Shown here piece after piece: positions 25,105-35,381 of a stretch of 64,000 bases of DNA. The stretch is from Sphingomonadaceae bacterium (lineage in GTDB: Bacteria; Pseudomonadota; Alphaproteobacteria; Sphingomonadales; Sphingomonadaceae). The DNA is taken from assembly GCA_030147805.1 (NCBI GenBank), contig JASBUR010000031.1, positions 99,518 to 163,517 on the forward strand, given 5' to 3'. The notes beneath the pieces are model-generated. The model saw only the letters and a program-made list of their open reading frames with translations, had not been told where the DNA came from and made no database searches. Position 1 is the stretch's first letter, and every line of letters begins with the position of its first letter. The position numbers and the translations under genes are program-made.

Positions 25105-26892
25105 ATGGCGAGCGCCTCCGAACTGCAGGCGCTGTTCGCCCGCGCCAACGCGGCGTTCGCGCGCGGCGAGCTCGAGACCGCACGCGAGGCGGCGCAGGCG
25201 CTGATCGCGCAGGCGCCGCGCGTGCCGCAGGTGCGCCACCTGCTGGCGCTGGTCGAGAAGAAGCGCGGCGACGCCGCCGCGGCGCGCACGCAGTTCGCCG
25301 CCGCGATCGAGTTCGGCCCCAACGACCCGCAGGTCCACAACAATTACGCCAATTTGCTTTCCGACCTCGGCGAGAACGCGCTGGCGCTCGACCATTATCG
25401 CCGCGCCGTCGCGCTGAAGCCCGACTTCGCCGACGCGCTGGTCAACCTGGCGATGGTTGCCGAGGCCGAAGAGCGGTTCGTCGAGGCACGCTCGGCGCTG
25501 CGCGCCGCCACCTATCATCAGCCCGGTCTCGCCAAGGCCTGGCAGATGCTCGGGCTGCTCGATCGCGGCGAGGGTGACCTCGACGCGGCGGCGACGGCGC
25601 TCGACCGGGCGGTGGCGCTGGCACCCGACGACCGCAAGGCGGCGCTCGGTCGCGCGCAGGTCGAGGCCGAGCGCGGCGGCGACGCGGCGCCGTTCTTCGA
25701 CCGCGCCGAGGCGCTGTCGCCCGGCGATCTCGACCTGTTCATCGCGCGCAACGCCGCCGATGCGGGCGATCCGCACGGCGCCGAAGCGCGGCTCGCCGCG
25801 AAGGTGGCGGCGAATCCGGAGTGGCTGGGCGGGCATATGTCGCTCGCGCAGATCCGCGGCCAGCTCGGCACCACGCCGCCCGAGGCGAGCTTCGACGCGG
25901 CGCTCGCAGCGAACCCGCGCGCCCGCGCCATCTGGTTCGCGCTGATCGGCCTGTACAACCGCGCCGAGCGGCACGGCGAGGCGCTCCACACGATCGCGCG
26001 GGCACGCGCGGCGCTCGGCGGCGATGTCGACGCCGCCTTCGTGCTCGATCAGCTCGAGGCGATCGCCGCCGACGAGGCGGGCGAGCGCGAGCGCGCGGCG
26101 CAGCTGTTCGCGCGACTGCCCGAAAGCGACGACTTCGCGCTGCAGATCGCGCGGGTGCGCCACGCGCTGCGCCGCGGGGCGCCCGACGAGGCCGCCGCCA
26201 TCGCCCAGCCGTTGACCGCCGGCGGCAGTGCGCTGGCCTGGGCCTATCTCGGCACCGCCTGGCGGCTCACCGGCGATCCGCGCCACGATTGGCTGGCGGG
26301 CGACGAGCGGCTGGTACAGACGCTCGACATCGCCGAGGCGATGCCGCCGCTCGAGCAGCTCGCGGCGCGGCTCCGCGAGCTGCACGTGATGCGCGCGCAC
26401 CCGCTCGACCAGTCGCTGCGCGGCGGCACGCAGACCGACGGCGACATTTTGGTGCGAAGCGAGCCGCTGATGCGCCAGGTGCGGCAGGCGCTCGGCGACG
26501 CGATCGACCGCTACGTCTCGCTGCTGCCGCCCCCCGATCCGGCGCATCCGACGCTGAAGGAGCCGCGCAATGGCGCGCGCATCGTCGGCGGCTGGTCGGT
26601 GCGGCTGACCAGCCAGGGGTTCCACGTCAGCCATGTCCACCCGCGCGGCTGGCTCAGCTCGGCCTTCTACGTCTCGCTGCCGCCGGGGGTCGGCGACGAC
26701 ACGCACGACGGCTGGCTGTCGCTCGGGGTCCCCCCGGCCGAACTGAAGCTCGGGCTGCCGCCGCTGCGGCTGATCCGTCCGCAGCCCGGGCGGCTGGCGC
26801 TGTTTCCGTCGATGATGTGGCACGGCACGCTGCCGTTCGCCGACGGCGAGCGGCTGACCATCGCCTTCGACGTCGCCCCGCGGCGCGGCTAG
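25105..26892 (+). CDS. TPR-repeat protein with C-terminal putative 2OG-Fe(II) oxygenase-like domain
   Basis: N-terminal TPR repeats (PNDPQVHNNYANLLSDLGENALALDHYRRAVALKPDFADALVNLAM). The C-terminal region contains GFHVSHVHPRGWLSSAFYVSLP and LFPSMMWHGTLPF. Confidence 0.7.
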   Translation: MASASELQALFARANAAFARGELETAREAAQALIAQAPRVPQVRHLLALVEKKRGDAAAARTQFAAAIEFGPNDPQVHNNYANLLSDLGENALALDHYRRAVALKPDFADALVNLAMVAEAEERFVEARSALRAATYHQPGLAKAWQMLGLLDRGEGDLDAAATALDRAVALAPDDRKAALGRAQVEAERGGDAAPFFDRAEALSPGDLDLFIARNAADAGDPHGAEARLAAKVAANPEWLGGHMSLAQIRGQLGTTPPEASFDAALAANPRARAIWFALIGLYNRAERHGEALHTIARARAALGGDVDAAFVLDQLEAIAADEAGERERAAQLFARLPESDDFALQIARVRHALRRGAPDEAAAIAQPLTAGGSALAWAYLGTAWRLTGDPRHDWLAGDERLVQTLDIAEAMPPLEQLAARLRELHVMRAHPLDQSLRGGTQTDGDILVRSEPLMRQVRQALGDAIDRYVSLLPPPDPAHPTLKEPRNGARIVGGWSVRLTSQGFHVSHVHPRGWLSSAFYVSLPPGVGDDTHDGWLSLGVPPAELKLGLPPLRLIRPQPGRLALFPSMMWHGTLPFADGERLTIAFDVAPRRG

Positions 26893-26999
26893 CCACCGAT
26901 TCGACCGACGGCGCGTCGCCTTCCACCAACGCCCGTCCCCGGCCTTGTATCGGGCCCGCCGGCGCGTAAGCTGCGGCGAAACAAGGCTGGGCCGAAAAG

Positions 27000-27935
27000 A
27001 TGATGCCGACTTGGGGACGAGGGCTCGCGCTGGCCGCGATGCTTGTTGCGGCGCCGGCGCTGGCCGAGGTGCCGCAGCTGCCGACCGGCGAGCTGACCGC
27101 CACCAACGAAATGGTGCTCAACACCGCGCAGGACCGGCTGACGCGGATGACGGTCGAGGTCTATGTCAACGGCCAGGGCCCCTTCGCCTTCGCGATCGAC
27201 ACCGGGGCCGACCGGACGGTGATCTCCGAAAGCCTCGCCAAGCGGCTGGGGCTGGTGGGCGACCGGCAGGCGCAGCTGCACGGCATCGCCGGCGTCGATT
27301 CGGTGCAGACGACGCGGCTGGCGAGCCTGCGCGTCGGCGCGAAGCAGATCGCCGACATCCGCGCCCCGATCCTTCCCGACGCCGCGCTCGGCGCCGCCGG
27401 GCTGCTCGGCATCGATGCGGTGGCGGGCCAGCGCGTGACGATGGATTTCGTCGACAAGCAGATGACGGTACGCCCGACCGCCTACCGCGAGCGCAGCGAC
27501 CGCGATCCCGACACCATCACCATCACCGCCAAGCGCCGCTTCGGCCAGCTGGTGCTGGTCAACGCCTCGGTCAACGGCCAGCGCGTCTATGCGATCATCG
27601 ATTCGGGATCGCAGGTGACGATCGGCAACCCCAAGCTGCGCCGGATGATGGCGCGGCGCGAGACCGGCGACGAGGTGTCGACCGAATTGATCAGCGTCAC
27701 CGGCCGGCGCATCTCCGCCGACTATGGCATGCTGCCGCGGATGAAGATCGGCGACGTGATGATGGGCGACATCCCGATCGTCTATGCCGACGCGCATCCG
27801 TTCAAGCGCTATCGGCTGACCAACAAGCCGGCGCTGCTCATCGGCGTCGACATCCTGCGCGCCTTCGAACGCGTCTCGCTCGACTTCGACACCAAGAAGG
27901 TGCGCTTCCAGCTCAAGTCGGAGACGATTTCCTGA
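27000..27935 (+). CDS. secreted retropepsin-like aspartic protease with two D(T/S)G lobes
   Basis: Signal peptide (LALAAMLVAAPALAEV). FAIDTGADRTVIS lies at about nt 27198 and AIIDSGSQVTIG at about nt 27600. Confidence 0.7.
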   Translation: MMPTWGRGLALAAMLVAAPALAEVPQLPTGELTATNEMVLNTAQDRLTRMTVEVYVNGQGPFAFAIDTGADRTVISESLAKRLGLVGDRQAQLHGIAGVDSVQTTRLASLRVGAKQIADIRAPILPDAALGAAGLLGIDAVAGQRVTMDFVDKQMTVRPTAYRERSDRDPDTITITAKRRFGQLVLVNASVNGQRVYAIIDSGSQVTIGNPKLRRMMARRETGDEVSTELISVTGRRISADYGMLPRMKIGDVMMGDIPIVYADAHPFKRYRLTNKPALLIGVDILRAFERVSLDFDTKKVRFQLKSETIS

Positions 27936-29406
27936 ACAGCACGCGGTCGTCGGGGCGGAAGCCCCACGTCCACATGATCGCGCCGAACGTCAGGATGATC
28001 ATCGGAATGCCGACCGCGATCTGCCAGAAGTCGGGCAGCGTGCGCGCCAGCAGGCCGATCGCCGCGGCGCCGGCGGCGGCGGGCAGCAGCGCCCAGCGCA
28101 GCCCCGCGACCGGCGCGCCGAGCTCCTTCGACAGCAGTCGCGACTTGAGGATCGAGCCGAGCGTCAGCGCCAGCGCCAGTCCCAGCGCCGCGCCGAGGCC
28201 GCCCTGGTCGCGCGCCAGCAGGATCGGCACCAGCGCCAGCGTGATCAGCGCCTGCGCCGCGATGGTGACCGACGAGAGGATGAGATTGCGGTGGGGGTTG
28301 GTGTAGACGAGCGCCGCCTCGGACACCGCCGCGGTCGCGGCCAGCACCTCGACGAAGAGCAGCAGCCCGAGCACCGTCTCGCCGCCGCCGAACTCGCTGC
28401 CGACGAGGTTGAGCACCGCCTCGCCGGGAAGGCCCAGCGCCAGCGCGACGCAGAGCTGCGCGGCGATGATCCAGAAGCCGACCTGGCGGACATGCCCCGC
28501 CATCGCCGCGCGGTCGCCGGCGACGAGGCTGGTCGACAGCAGCGGGCCAAGCACCGGATCGAAGCTGGTCTTCAATTTCTGCGGCAGCGACGCGACCTGC
28601 TGCGCGACATAGTAGATGCCCATCACGCTCGGCGTCGCGAAGATGCCGAGGATGAACAGGTCGAGCCGCCGCGTGCCCCATTCGATCGCGTCGGCGCCGG
28701 CGAGCGAGATGTTGGCGCGCGCCAGCTGGAACAGCCGCTCGGGATGCGGCGTCCAGCCGTGCGGCAGCCCGAACTCGCGGATGCAGGGGCCGAGCGACGC
28801 GGCGAGCGCCGCGACCATCGACGCGGCATAGGCGATGATCAGCCCGTCGCGCTTGAACGCCGTGAAGGCGAGCGCGGTGGCGACGATCGTCAGCACCCAG
28901 GGCTCGATGATCGAGCGGGCGCGCACCTGCGGGCCGATGCGATGATTGTAGGCGAGCGCAGCGAGGCTGATGTCCGAGCCGACGATCGCCAGCGCGATCG
29001 CCGGAAAGGCCTCGTCGAGGCCGGTGACGAAGCTGTTCGGGAACACCAGCCGCGGGAAGTTGGCGAGCAGCGCCGCGCCGAGCGCCGCCACCGCCCAGCC
29101 GAGGACGAGCGCGTCCCAGATCACGTGCGAATGCGGCCGGTCGGTCTTGGCGAGCGCGATGGCGAGGCCGCGCTTGAGCCCGAGCGTCGCCAGCTGCGCG
29201 GTCAGCTCGACGACGAGCACCGCATAGGCGAAGCGGCCGAGCGTGGCGGCGCCGTAGAGCTGCCCCGCCATGATCAGGAAGGGCAGCCGCGCGCCCAGCC
29301 GCAGCAGGAAGCCGAAAAAGTTCAGCCGTCCGCCACGCGCCAGCGCGGCGATCGGGTCAGTGGCTGCTGGGGGAGGGGTCGCTGCCATGGCGCAAGGCCA
29401 CGGCAT
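27913..29406 (-). CDS. polysaccharide/oligosaccharide flippase-family (MOP superfamily) membrane protein
   Basis: A ~12-TM hydrophobic protein with N-terminus GRLNFFGFLLRLGARLPFLIMAGQLYGAATLGRF, typical of Wzx-like LPS/EPS biosynthesis proteins. Its 3' end overlaps the convergent protease gene by 23 nt. Confidence 0.6.
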   Translation of the reverse strand: MPWPCAMAATPPPAATDPIAALARGGRLNFFGFLLRLGARLPFLIMAGQLYGAATLGRFAYAVLVVELTAQLATLGLKRGLAIALAKTDRPHSHVIWDALVLGWAVAALGAALLANFPRLVFPNSFVTGLDEAFPAIALAIVGSDISLAALAYNHRIGPQVRARSIIEPWVLTIVATALAFTAFKRDGLIIAYAASMVAALAASLGPCIREFGLPHGWTPHPERLFQLARANISLAGADAIEWGTRRLDLFILGIFATPSVMGIYYVAQQVASLPQKLKTSFDPVLGPLLSTSLVAGDRAAMAGHVRQVGFWIIAAQLCVALALGLPGEAVLNLVGSEFGGGETVLGLLLFVEVLAATAAVSEAALVYTNPHRNLILSSVTIAAQALITLALVPILLARDQGGLGAALGLALALTLGSILKSRLLSKELGAPVAGLRWALLPAAAGAAAIGLLARTLPDFWQIAVGIPMIILTFGAIMWTWGFRPDDRVLFRKSSPT

Positions 29407-29448
29407 CTACACCATCGAACCCGCCGGCGGGAAGCGCCGATCTCGGGC

Positions 29449-29706
29449 CTAGATCACCCACTCGAGCGCGTCGGGGGCGGTGATCCCACCGGCGCGGGCG
29501 CGGCGGCGGTGCGCGATCATGCGATCATGGAGCCCGGTGATCGCCACGCTGCCGGTGCGCACGAACAGCCCGGGCACGACGGCGTGGACGACGAGCGCCA
29601 GCCCGGTGACGAGCATCGTCGCCGCGAAGCCCAACGCCACCATGAAATGCTGGGCATAGCTTTCGCCGACGCTTTCCGGGTGATCGACGAACATCTGTCG
29701 CAACAT
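29449..29706 (-). CDS. small membrane protein (85 aa), hypothetical
   Basis: Protein-like composition and one or two hydrophobic helices (FMVALGFAATMLVTGLALVVHAVVPGLF). Confidence 0.45.
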   Translation of the reverse strand: MLRQMFVDHPESVGESYAQHFMVALGFAATMLVTGLALVVHAVVPGLFVRTGSVAITGLHDRMIAHRRRARAGGITAPDALEWVI

Positions 29707-29786
29707 TTCGGGCTCCTCCTCTGCGCCGACGATTATAGCTGCCCGATCGAGAGAATCATTGCTTTCCTTGCCAGGAAAACGCCAAA

Positions 29787-30287
29787 ATGGAGAACGGCCA
29801 TTCCTTTGAAAGGCGATTTTTGACCAGATCGGTCTCGCTCGACGCCACCGACCGCCGAATCCTCGCCGCGCTCCAGCGCGACGCGACGCTGTCGGTGAGC
29901 GGCCTGTCGGAGCTGGTCGGCCTGTCGCCGACCCCGTGCTGGAAGCGCGTCAAGCGGCTCGAGGAAAGCGGCGTGATCACCGGCCGCGTGGCGCTCGTCG
30001 ACCGCGACGCCGTCGGCGTCGGCGTCACCGTCTTCGTATCGATCCGCACCGCCGCGCACGAAGAAGGCTGGTTCGACGCTTTCGCCGCGGGCGTGCGGCG
30101 GATCCCCGAGATCGTCGAATTCTACCGGATGGCGGGCGACGTCGACTATCTGCTCAAGGTGGTCTGCGCCGATATCGCCGACTATGATCGCATCTACAAA
30201 CAGCTGATCCGCGTCGCCAAGCTGCACGACGTCAGCTCGTCGTTCGCGATGGAGCAGATCAAATATACGACCGAGGTGCCGCTATGA
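29787..30287 (+). CDS. Lrp/AsnC family transcriptional regulator
   Basis: HTH region (LDATDRRILAALQRDATLSVSGLSELVGLSPTPCWKRVKRLEESGVI) followed by an AsnC-type effector domain. Confidence 0.9.
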   Translation: MENGHSFERRFLTRSVSLDATDRRILAALQRDATLSVSGLSELVGLSPTPCWKRVKRLEESGVITGRVALVDRDAVGVGVTVFVSIRTAAHEEGWFDAFAAGVRRIPEIVEFYRMAGDVDYLLKVVCADIADYDRIYKQLIRVAKLHDVSSSFAMEQIKYTTEVPL

Positions 30288-30988
30288 GGGCCTGGCTGCC
30301 CTGGCTGCTGCTCGCCGCCGCACTGCTGGCGCTCGCCGTCACGCTCTGGCGCCCCGACGCGGTCGCGTGGCGCCTCGGGCTGGGCGACCAGCTGGCGGAA
30401 CGGCAGAACCGGCTCTGGCAGGGCCGGCTGCGCGCCCATTATCGCCGGCTCGACGGCAGCACGCCGGCGGGCGCGGTGGTGTTTCTCGGCGCCAGCAGCG
30501 TTCAAGGGCTCAACGCGTCGGCGGTGCGGTCGTGCACCGCCAGCTTCGGCATCGGCGGCGAGAGCGCGGCGCAGCTCGCCGCGCGCGTCGGCGACTATCG
30601 CGCGCTCGACCGCGCCGGCGCGGTCGTGGTCATGACCGGGCTCAACGACGTGCTGCGCGGCGACGGCGCGACGGTCGGCGCCAGCGTCGCGCGGCTGCTG
30701 GCGGCGCTGCCGGCGGGGACGCCGGTGCTGCTGTCGTCGACCGCGCGGATCGCCGATCCGGCGCGCGCCGCGGCGGTCGACCGCGCCAACGCCGCCATGC
30801 GCGCCGCCTGTCGCCGCCACGCCGCGTGCCGCTTCGTCGACCTGCAGGCGGCGATGACCGATCCGGCGGCGCTCCTCGAACCCGACGGCATCCACCTCAG
30901 CCCGGCGGGCTATGCGCTGTGGGCGCGGCTGCTGCGCGCCGCGCTCGACGACGCGGGCGTGCCCGACCGCGCCTGCGCGACCGGCTGA
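30284..30988 (+). CDS. SGNH/GDSL-like hydrolase
   Basis: ATGA overlap with the Lrp gene. It has a signal/anchor segment, block I VVFLGASSVQG, block III MTGLNDV and block V DGIHLSPAGY. Confidence 0.7.
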   Translation: MRAWLPWLLLAAALLALAVTLWRPDAVAWRLGLGDQLAERQNRLWQGRLRAHYRRLDGSTPAGAVVFLGASSVQGLNASAVRSCTASFGIGGESAAQLAARVGDYRALDRAGAVVVMTGLNDVLRGDGATVGASVARLLAALPAGTPVLLSSTARIADPARAAAVDRANAAMRAACRRHAACRFVDLQAAMTDPAALLEPDGIHLSPAGYALWARLLRAALDDAGVPDRACATG

Positions 30989-30989
30989 G

Positions 30990-32330
30990 CTATTCGGCGA
31001 CGCGGCGCTCGGCGAGCGCCGCCTGCAGCCGCGCGTGCGCCGCTTCGTCGTGCGGCCAGCGCGCGATGATGACCGACGCGGTCGACATCAGCGCGATCGG
31101 GGCCAGCACGAAGATCAGCGTCATGCCGAAGATCGCGTCCGCGCTGTTGACCGCGGTCGGCGCCGGATCGAAGCCGATCAGCCCGAGGATCGGGTAGATG
31201 ATCGCCACCGGCGCGGCGTGCGCGATCTTGAGCGTCGTCGTCAGCACCGCCTGCAGCAGACCGTTGCGGTCGAGCCCGGTCTCGAGCCGGTCGGCATCGG
31301 CGACGTCGGCGAGCATCGCGCGCAGCAGGAACAGCGCCGCGGTATAGGGAATGCCGGCGAGCGCCATGCCGATCATCGCATCGCCGACGCCGTCGGCGGG
31401 CAGCAGCGCCAGCGCGCCGTGCGTGGTGCAGTAGACGAGGCCGGCGAGCGCGGCGGTGCGATGCTTGCCCAGGCGCGTGGCGATCCGCATCCACAGCGGC
31501 GCCGCGGCAAAGCCGGCGACGAAATACACCAGCAGCAGCAGGCTGGCCTCGCTCGCCGAAAAGCCGAGCCGATGCTCGAAATAGAAGATGAACATCGCGC
31601 CGGTGATGCCCGGCGCCAGCCCGGCGAGCATGTCGACGACGAGCAGCCGCCGCATCAAGGGGTTGCGTGCCAGCGACTTGAAGTCGGCCCAGCGCACCTC
31701 GGTGCGCGTCGCGAGACGCGGCCGTTCGGGCACCATCGCGGCGAGGGCGACGGCGGTGAGCGGCACCAGCAGGATGACGAACCAGCCCATCGCCTGGATG
31801 CCCGGTCCGGCCGCCTGCGCGCCGGTGGCGCGCCCGACGAGCCAGGGCAGCATCAGCACGAGGATCATCCCGAACACGCCCGTCGCCTGGTGCCAGCCAA
31901 AGACGCGCGATCGCTGGTGATAGTCGGCGGTGAGCGTCGCGCCCCAGCCGAGCTGCGCCACCATCATGATCGAATAGCCGACATACATGAACATCAGCTG
32001 CGCGAAGGCGAGATAGGGCGAGATGCCCGGCTCGGCCATGAACACCAGCCAGGCGCCCACCATGGTGATCGCCGCGCCGGCGACCAGCCACGGCCGGTAG
32101 CGACCCCAGCGGCTGTCGGTGCCGTCCATCAGATGGCCGAGCAGCGGATCGAGCGGCAGGTCGATCAGCCGGACGAGGAAGAAGATCAGCCCGACGACCG
32201 CGAGGTCGAGCCCGAGCCCGCCGGCATAATAGGGCGGCAGGTAGACGATCAGCGGCAGCCCGATCGCCGCCAGCGGCATGTTCGGGCCCGCGAAGGCGGC
32301 GAGGGTCGAACGCTTGAGCTTCACCAACAT
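30990..32330 (-). CDS. MFS transporter, glycoside-pentoside-hexuronide (GPH)-like
   Basis: 12-TM pattern. The N-terminus (FAGPNMPLAAIGLPLIVYLPPYYA...VRLIDLPLDPLLGHLMDGTDSRWGRYRPW) is typical of GPH/MelB-like carriers. Confidence 0.8.
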   Translation of the reverse strand: MLVKLKRSTLAAFAGPNMPLAAIGLPLIVYLPPYYAGGLGLDLAVVGLIFFLVRLIDLPLDPLLGHLMDGTDSRWGRYRPWLVAGAAITMVGAWLVFMAEPGISPYLAFAQLMFMYVGYSIMMVAQLGWGATLTADYHQRSRVFGWHQATGVFGMILVLMLPWLVGRATGAQAAGPGIQAMGWFVILLVPLTAVALAAMVPERPRLATRTEVRWADFKSLARNPLMRRLLVVDMLAGLAPGITGAMFIFYFEHRLGFSASEASLLLLVYFVAGFAAAPLWMRIATRLGKHRTAALAGLVYCTTHGALALLPADGVGDAMIGMALAGIPYTAALFLLRAMLADVADADRLETGLDRNGLLQAVLTTTLKIAHAAPVAIIYPILGLIGFDPAPTAVNSADAIFGMTLIFVLAPIALMSTASVIIARWPHDEAAHARLQAALAERRVAE

Positions 32331-32484
32331 CCTTCCGGCGGCGGCGCGATCATGCCCGAGCCGGCGCGGCGCGCAAGCGGGGCTTGCGAAACCTAGCGCT
32401 TTCGCCGGTCGTGGAACCGTACGAAGCCTTGCCCGGCCGGGGGTGGCGTCCTATGCCGGTGCCACACCCACCGGGAGTCCCGAC

Positions 32485-34326
32485 ATGACCGCACGCCTTC
32501 TGCTCGCCGCCTCGCTTGCCGCGCTCACCGCCGCCTGCACCGCGGCCGATACCGGCCCGGCGACCGCCGCCGTCGCGGCGCCCCCCGCCGCCGTCGCGGC
32601 GCCGCAGGCCGATCACGCCGCGCAGCTGAAGACGCTGTTCGCCGAAAGCGACGAGGCCAATCTCCAGCGCAATCCGATCTCGGCGCTGTTTCGCGGCGAC
32701 CTGCGCTACGCCGACCGCTTCGGCGACTATATCAGCGACGATTATTTCGCCGCCGAGATCGCGGCGTCGCAGGCCGACCTCGCGCGGCTGAACGCCATCC
32801 CGCGCGCCGCGCTGTCGGCGCAGGACCAGGTCGCCTACGACGTGTTCAAATGGCAGACCGAGCTCGGGCTGCGCGGCATGAGCCCCGAGATCATGGCGCT
32901 GACGGTGGTCCGCCCGATCGACCATTTCTTCGGCTTCCACACCTTCTTCCCCGACATCAGCTCGGGCGAGGGCGCGGCGCCGTTCAAGACGCTCGCCGAC
33001 TATGAGAACAACCTCAAGCGCATCGACGGCTATGTCACCATCCTCGACCGCTCGATCGGGCGTTTCCGCGAGGGCATGGCGAGCGGCGTCGTCCAGCCGC
33101 GGCTGGTCGTCGACAACGTCATCGGCCAGCTCGACACGCAGATCGGCATGGGCGTCGCCGACAGCGTGTTCATGGGGCCGCTGAAGAAATTCCCCGCCGA
33201 GATCTCGGCCGCCGATCAGGCGCGGCTGCGCAGCGACTATGCCGCGGCGGTCAAGGACAAGATCCTCCCCGCCTATGTGCGCCTCCGCGACTTCCTCAAG
33301 AAGGAGTATCGCCCGGCGGCGCGCGAGGGCGTCGGGCTGGCGCACATGAAGGGCGGCGATACGCTCTACACCTTCCTCATCGAACAGAACACGACGCTGC
33401 CGCTGACCGCCGACGAGGTCCACGCCACCGGCCTGCGCGAGGTCGAGCGCATCAAGGGCGAGATGGAGAAGGTGAAGACGCAGGTCGGCTACAAGGGGAC
33501 GCTGCCGCAGTTCTTCGAGCATCTGCGCACCGACCCCAAGTTCAAGGTCGCGACCAAGCAGGAGCTGACCGACGGCTATTATGCGATCGGCAAGAAGGTC
33601 GACCTGCGCATCGGCGAGCTGTTCTCGACGATCCCCAAGTCGCCGCTCGAAATCCGGCCGGTGCCGGCCTATCGCGAGAAGAACGACGCCGGCGGCTCGT
33701 ACCAGCAGGGCACCCCCGACGGCTCGCGGCCGGGCGTCTTCTACTTCAACACCTACGACCTGCCGTCGCGCACGACGCCGGGCATGGAGACGCTCTATCT
33801 CCACGAGGGGTCGCCGGGGCATCATTTCCAGATCAGCCTCGCGCAGGAGAATGAGGCGCTGCCGAGCTTCATGCGCTTCGGCGGCAACACCGCCTTCGTC
33901 GAGGGCTGGGCGCTCTATGCCGAGACGCTGGGGCCGCGGATCGGCATGCTTACCGATCCCTACCAATATTTCGGTCACCTCAACGACCAGATGCTGCGCG
34001 CGATGCGGCTGGTCGTCGACACCGGGCTCCATTCGAAGAAATGGACCCGCGACCAGGCGATCAAATATATGCTCGACAATTCGTCGATGAGCCGCACCGA
34101 CGCGGTCTCCGAGGTCGAACGCTACATCGCCATCCCCGGGCAGGCGCTCGCCTATATGACCGGACGGCTGAAGATCCAGGAGCTGCGCGACCGCGCCGAG
34201 CGCGAGCTTGGCCCCAAGTTCGACATCCGCGAGTTCCACGCGCAGGTGCTGATGACCGGCGCGCTGCCGCTCGCGGTGCTCGAGGCGAAGATCGACCGCT
34301 GGATCGCCGAGAAGAAGGCGGGGTAG
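32485..34326 (+). CDS. DUF885-family lipoprotein (putative metallopeptidase-like), paralogue 1
   Basis: Lipobox LAALTAAC. The C-terminal conserved region contains YLHEGSPGHHFQISLAQE and MRLVVDTGLHSKKWTRDQAIKYM. It is a paralogue of 56715..58538. Confidence 0.8.
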   Translation: MTARLLLAASLAALTAACTAADTGPATAAVAAPPAAVAAPQADHAAQLKTLFAESDEANLQRNPISALFRGDLRYADRFGDYISDDYFAAEIAASQADLARLNAIPRAALSAQDQVAYDVFKWQTELGLRGMSPEIMALTVVRPIDHFFGFHTFFPDISSGEGAAPFKTLADYENNLKRIDGYVTILDRSIGRFREGMASGVVQPRLVVDNVIGQLDTQIGMGVADSVFMGPLKKFPAEISAADQARLRSDYAAAVKDKILPAYVRLRDFLKKEYRPAAREGVGLAHMKGGDTLYTFLIEQNTTLPLTADEVHATGLREVERIKGEMEKVKTQVGYKGTLPQFFEHLRTDPKFKVATKQELTDGYYAIGKKVDLRIGELFSTIPKSPLEIRPVPAYREKNDAGGSYQQGTPDGSRPGVFYFNTYDLPSRTTPGMETLYLHEGSPGHHFQISLAQENEALPSFMRFGGNTAFVEGWALYAETLGPRIGMLTDPYQYFGHLNDQMLRAMRLVVDTGLHSKKWTRDQAIKYMLDNSSMSRTDAVSEVERYIAIPGQALAYMTGRLKIQELRDRAERELGPKFDIREFHAQVLMTGALPLAVLEAKIDRWIAEKKAG

Positions 34327-34360
34327 CGGGGCGGCGGCTCGCTTTCGCCGCCCCCCCCAG

Positions 34361-34444
34361 CGCTCATGCTGAGCTTGTCGAAGCAGGATTGGCGCGCCGA
34401 GGCGTCTCGGCTTGCTCGCCCTTCGACAAGCTCAGGGTGAGCGC
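34361..34444. repeat. MITE/REP-like palindromic element, family B (arms GCTCATGCTGAGCTTGTCGAAGCAGG / CCCTTCGACAAGCTCAGGGTGAGC)
   Basis: An ~84-nt element with imperfect terminal inverted repeats. Other copies lie at 35298-35381, 40452-40533, 59877-59960 and 63706-63830. Confidence 0.75.
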
Positions 34445-34467
34445 AGGGAGCGTGGCCGGATCGAACG

Positions 34468-35226
34468 CTACATCAGCGTCCCGAACGGCTGCAGGCGCTT
34501 GGCCAGCGCGCGGGCGCCGGCGACGTCCTTCTTCTGCAGCAGCGGCAGCACCTGCTCGGCGTGGCGCTTGAGCAGCGCCTCGAACGCGTCGGCGGGCGTG
34601 GCGCGCGTCGCCTGCGCCAGCAGCGCCTGGGCGCGCGTGGCGTTGCCGGCATCGAGCGACAGCAGGGTGAAGGCATAATAGGTCGGCACCACCGCGCCGG
34701 CGCCGGGCTTGGTGAGCGCGGTGTCGAACGCCTTGATCGCCTCGCTCTTCTTCGCACCGAGCGCCGCACCGGCGAGGAAGCCGCCGAGCGTCGCCACCGC
34801 CTCGCCGTGCCAGCCGCCGAGCGCTGCCCAGGCGAGCGCGTCCTGGGGCATCGCGGTACGCGCGTCGTCCATCCATTTGCGCGCCGCCTTGCCCTTGCCC
34901 TGCGAGCGTTCGAGCTTGGCGACATAGCCGAGCGCGATGCCCTTCTGCAGGATCGCGGGGCCCCAGCCGGGCTTCTGCGCCAGCGCCGCGTCGGCGCGCG
35001 CCGCGGCCTCGTCGCAGAGCGCGACGGCACGCGCCTTGTCGGCGGTGCGGAAGGCGGCGAGCGCAAGCAGCGCGCGCGCGGCCGCCACCTGCGCCTCGGG
35101 CGTGGCCTCCTTCGCACCGGCCTGCGCGGCCTCGGCAAATTTGCCGTCGCGGAACAGGGTAGCGGTGTCGGCGAAGGCGGGGGCGCTCACCGAAAGAAGC
35201 GCTGCGGCGATGGCGAATGTCTTCAT
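34468..35226 (-). CDS. secreted Ala-rich helical (TPR-like) hypothetical protein
   Basis: ATG at 35226. Signal peptide MKTFAIAAALLSVSAPAFA. The upstream part of track ORF 34468..35352 runs into a repeat element. Confidence 0.55.
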   Translation of the reverse strand: MKTFAIAAALLSVSAPAFADTATLFRDGKFAEAAQAGAKEATPEAQVAAARALLALAAFRTADKARAVALCDEAAARADAALAQKPGWGPAILQKGIALGYVAKLERSQGKGKAARKWMDDARTAMPQDALAWAALGGWHGEAVATLGGFLAGAALGAKKSEAIKAFDTALTKPGAGAVVPTYYAFTLLSLDAGNATRAQALLAQATRATPADAFEALLKRHAEQVLPLLQKKDVAGARALAKRLQPFGTLM

Positions 35227-35244
35227 GCGGCCCGGCGCTCCCTC

Positions 35245-35381
35245 ATCGTCATCCCCGCGCAGGCGGGGACCCACTTTCGACCAAGCCCGACCCAACGCGC
35301 TCACCCTGAGCTTGTCGAAGGGCGAGCTCGCCCCACCGTTCCAGCGCGCCAACCCTGCTTCGACAAGCTCAGCATGAGCGC
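35245..35381. repeat. composite REP element (family A hairpin plus family B element, inverted orientation)
   Basis: The sequence is tcgtcatccccgcgcaggcggggaccc, followed by gctcaccctgagcttgtcgaaggg...cctgcttcgacaagctcagcatgagc. Confidence 0.75.
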
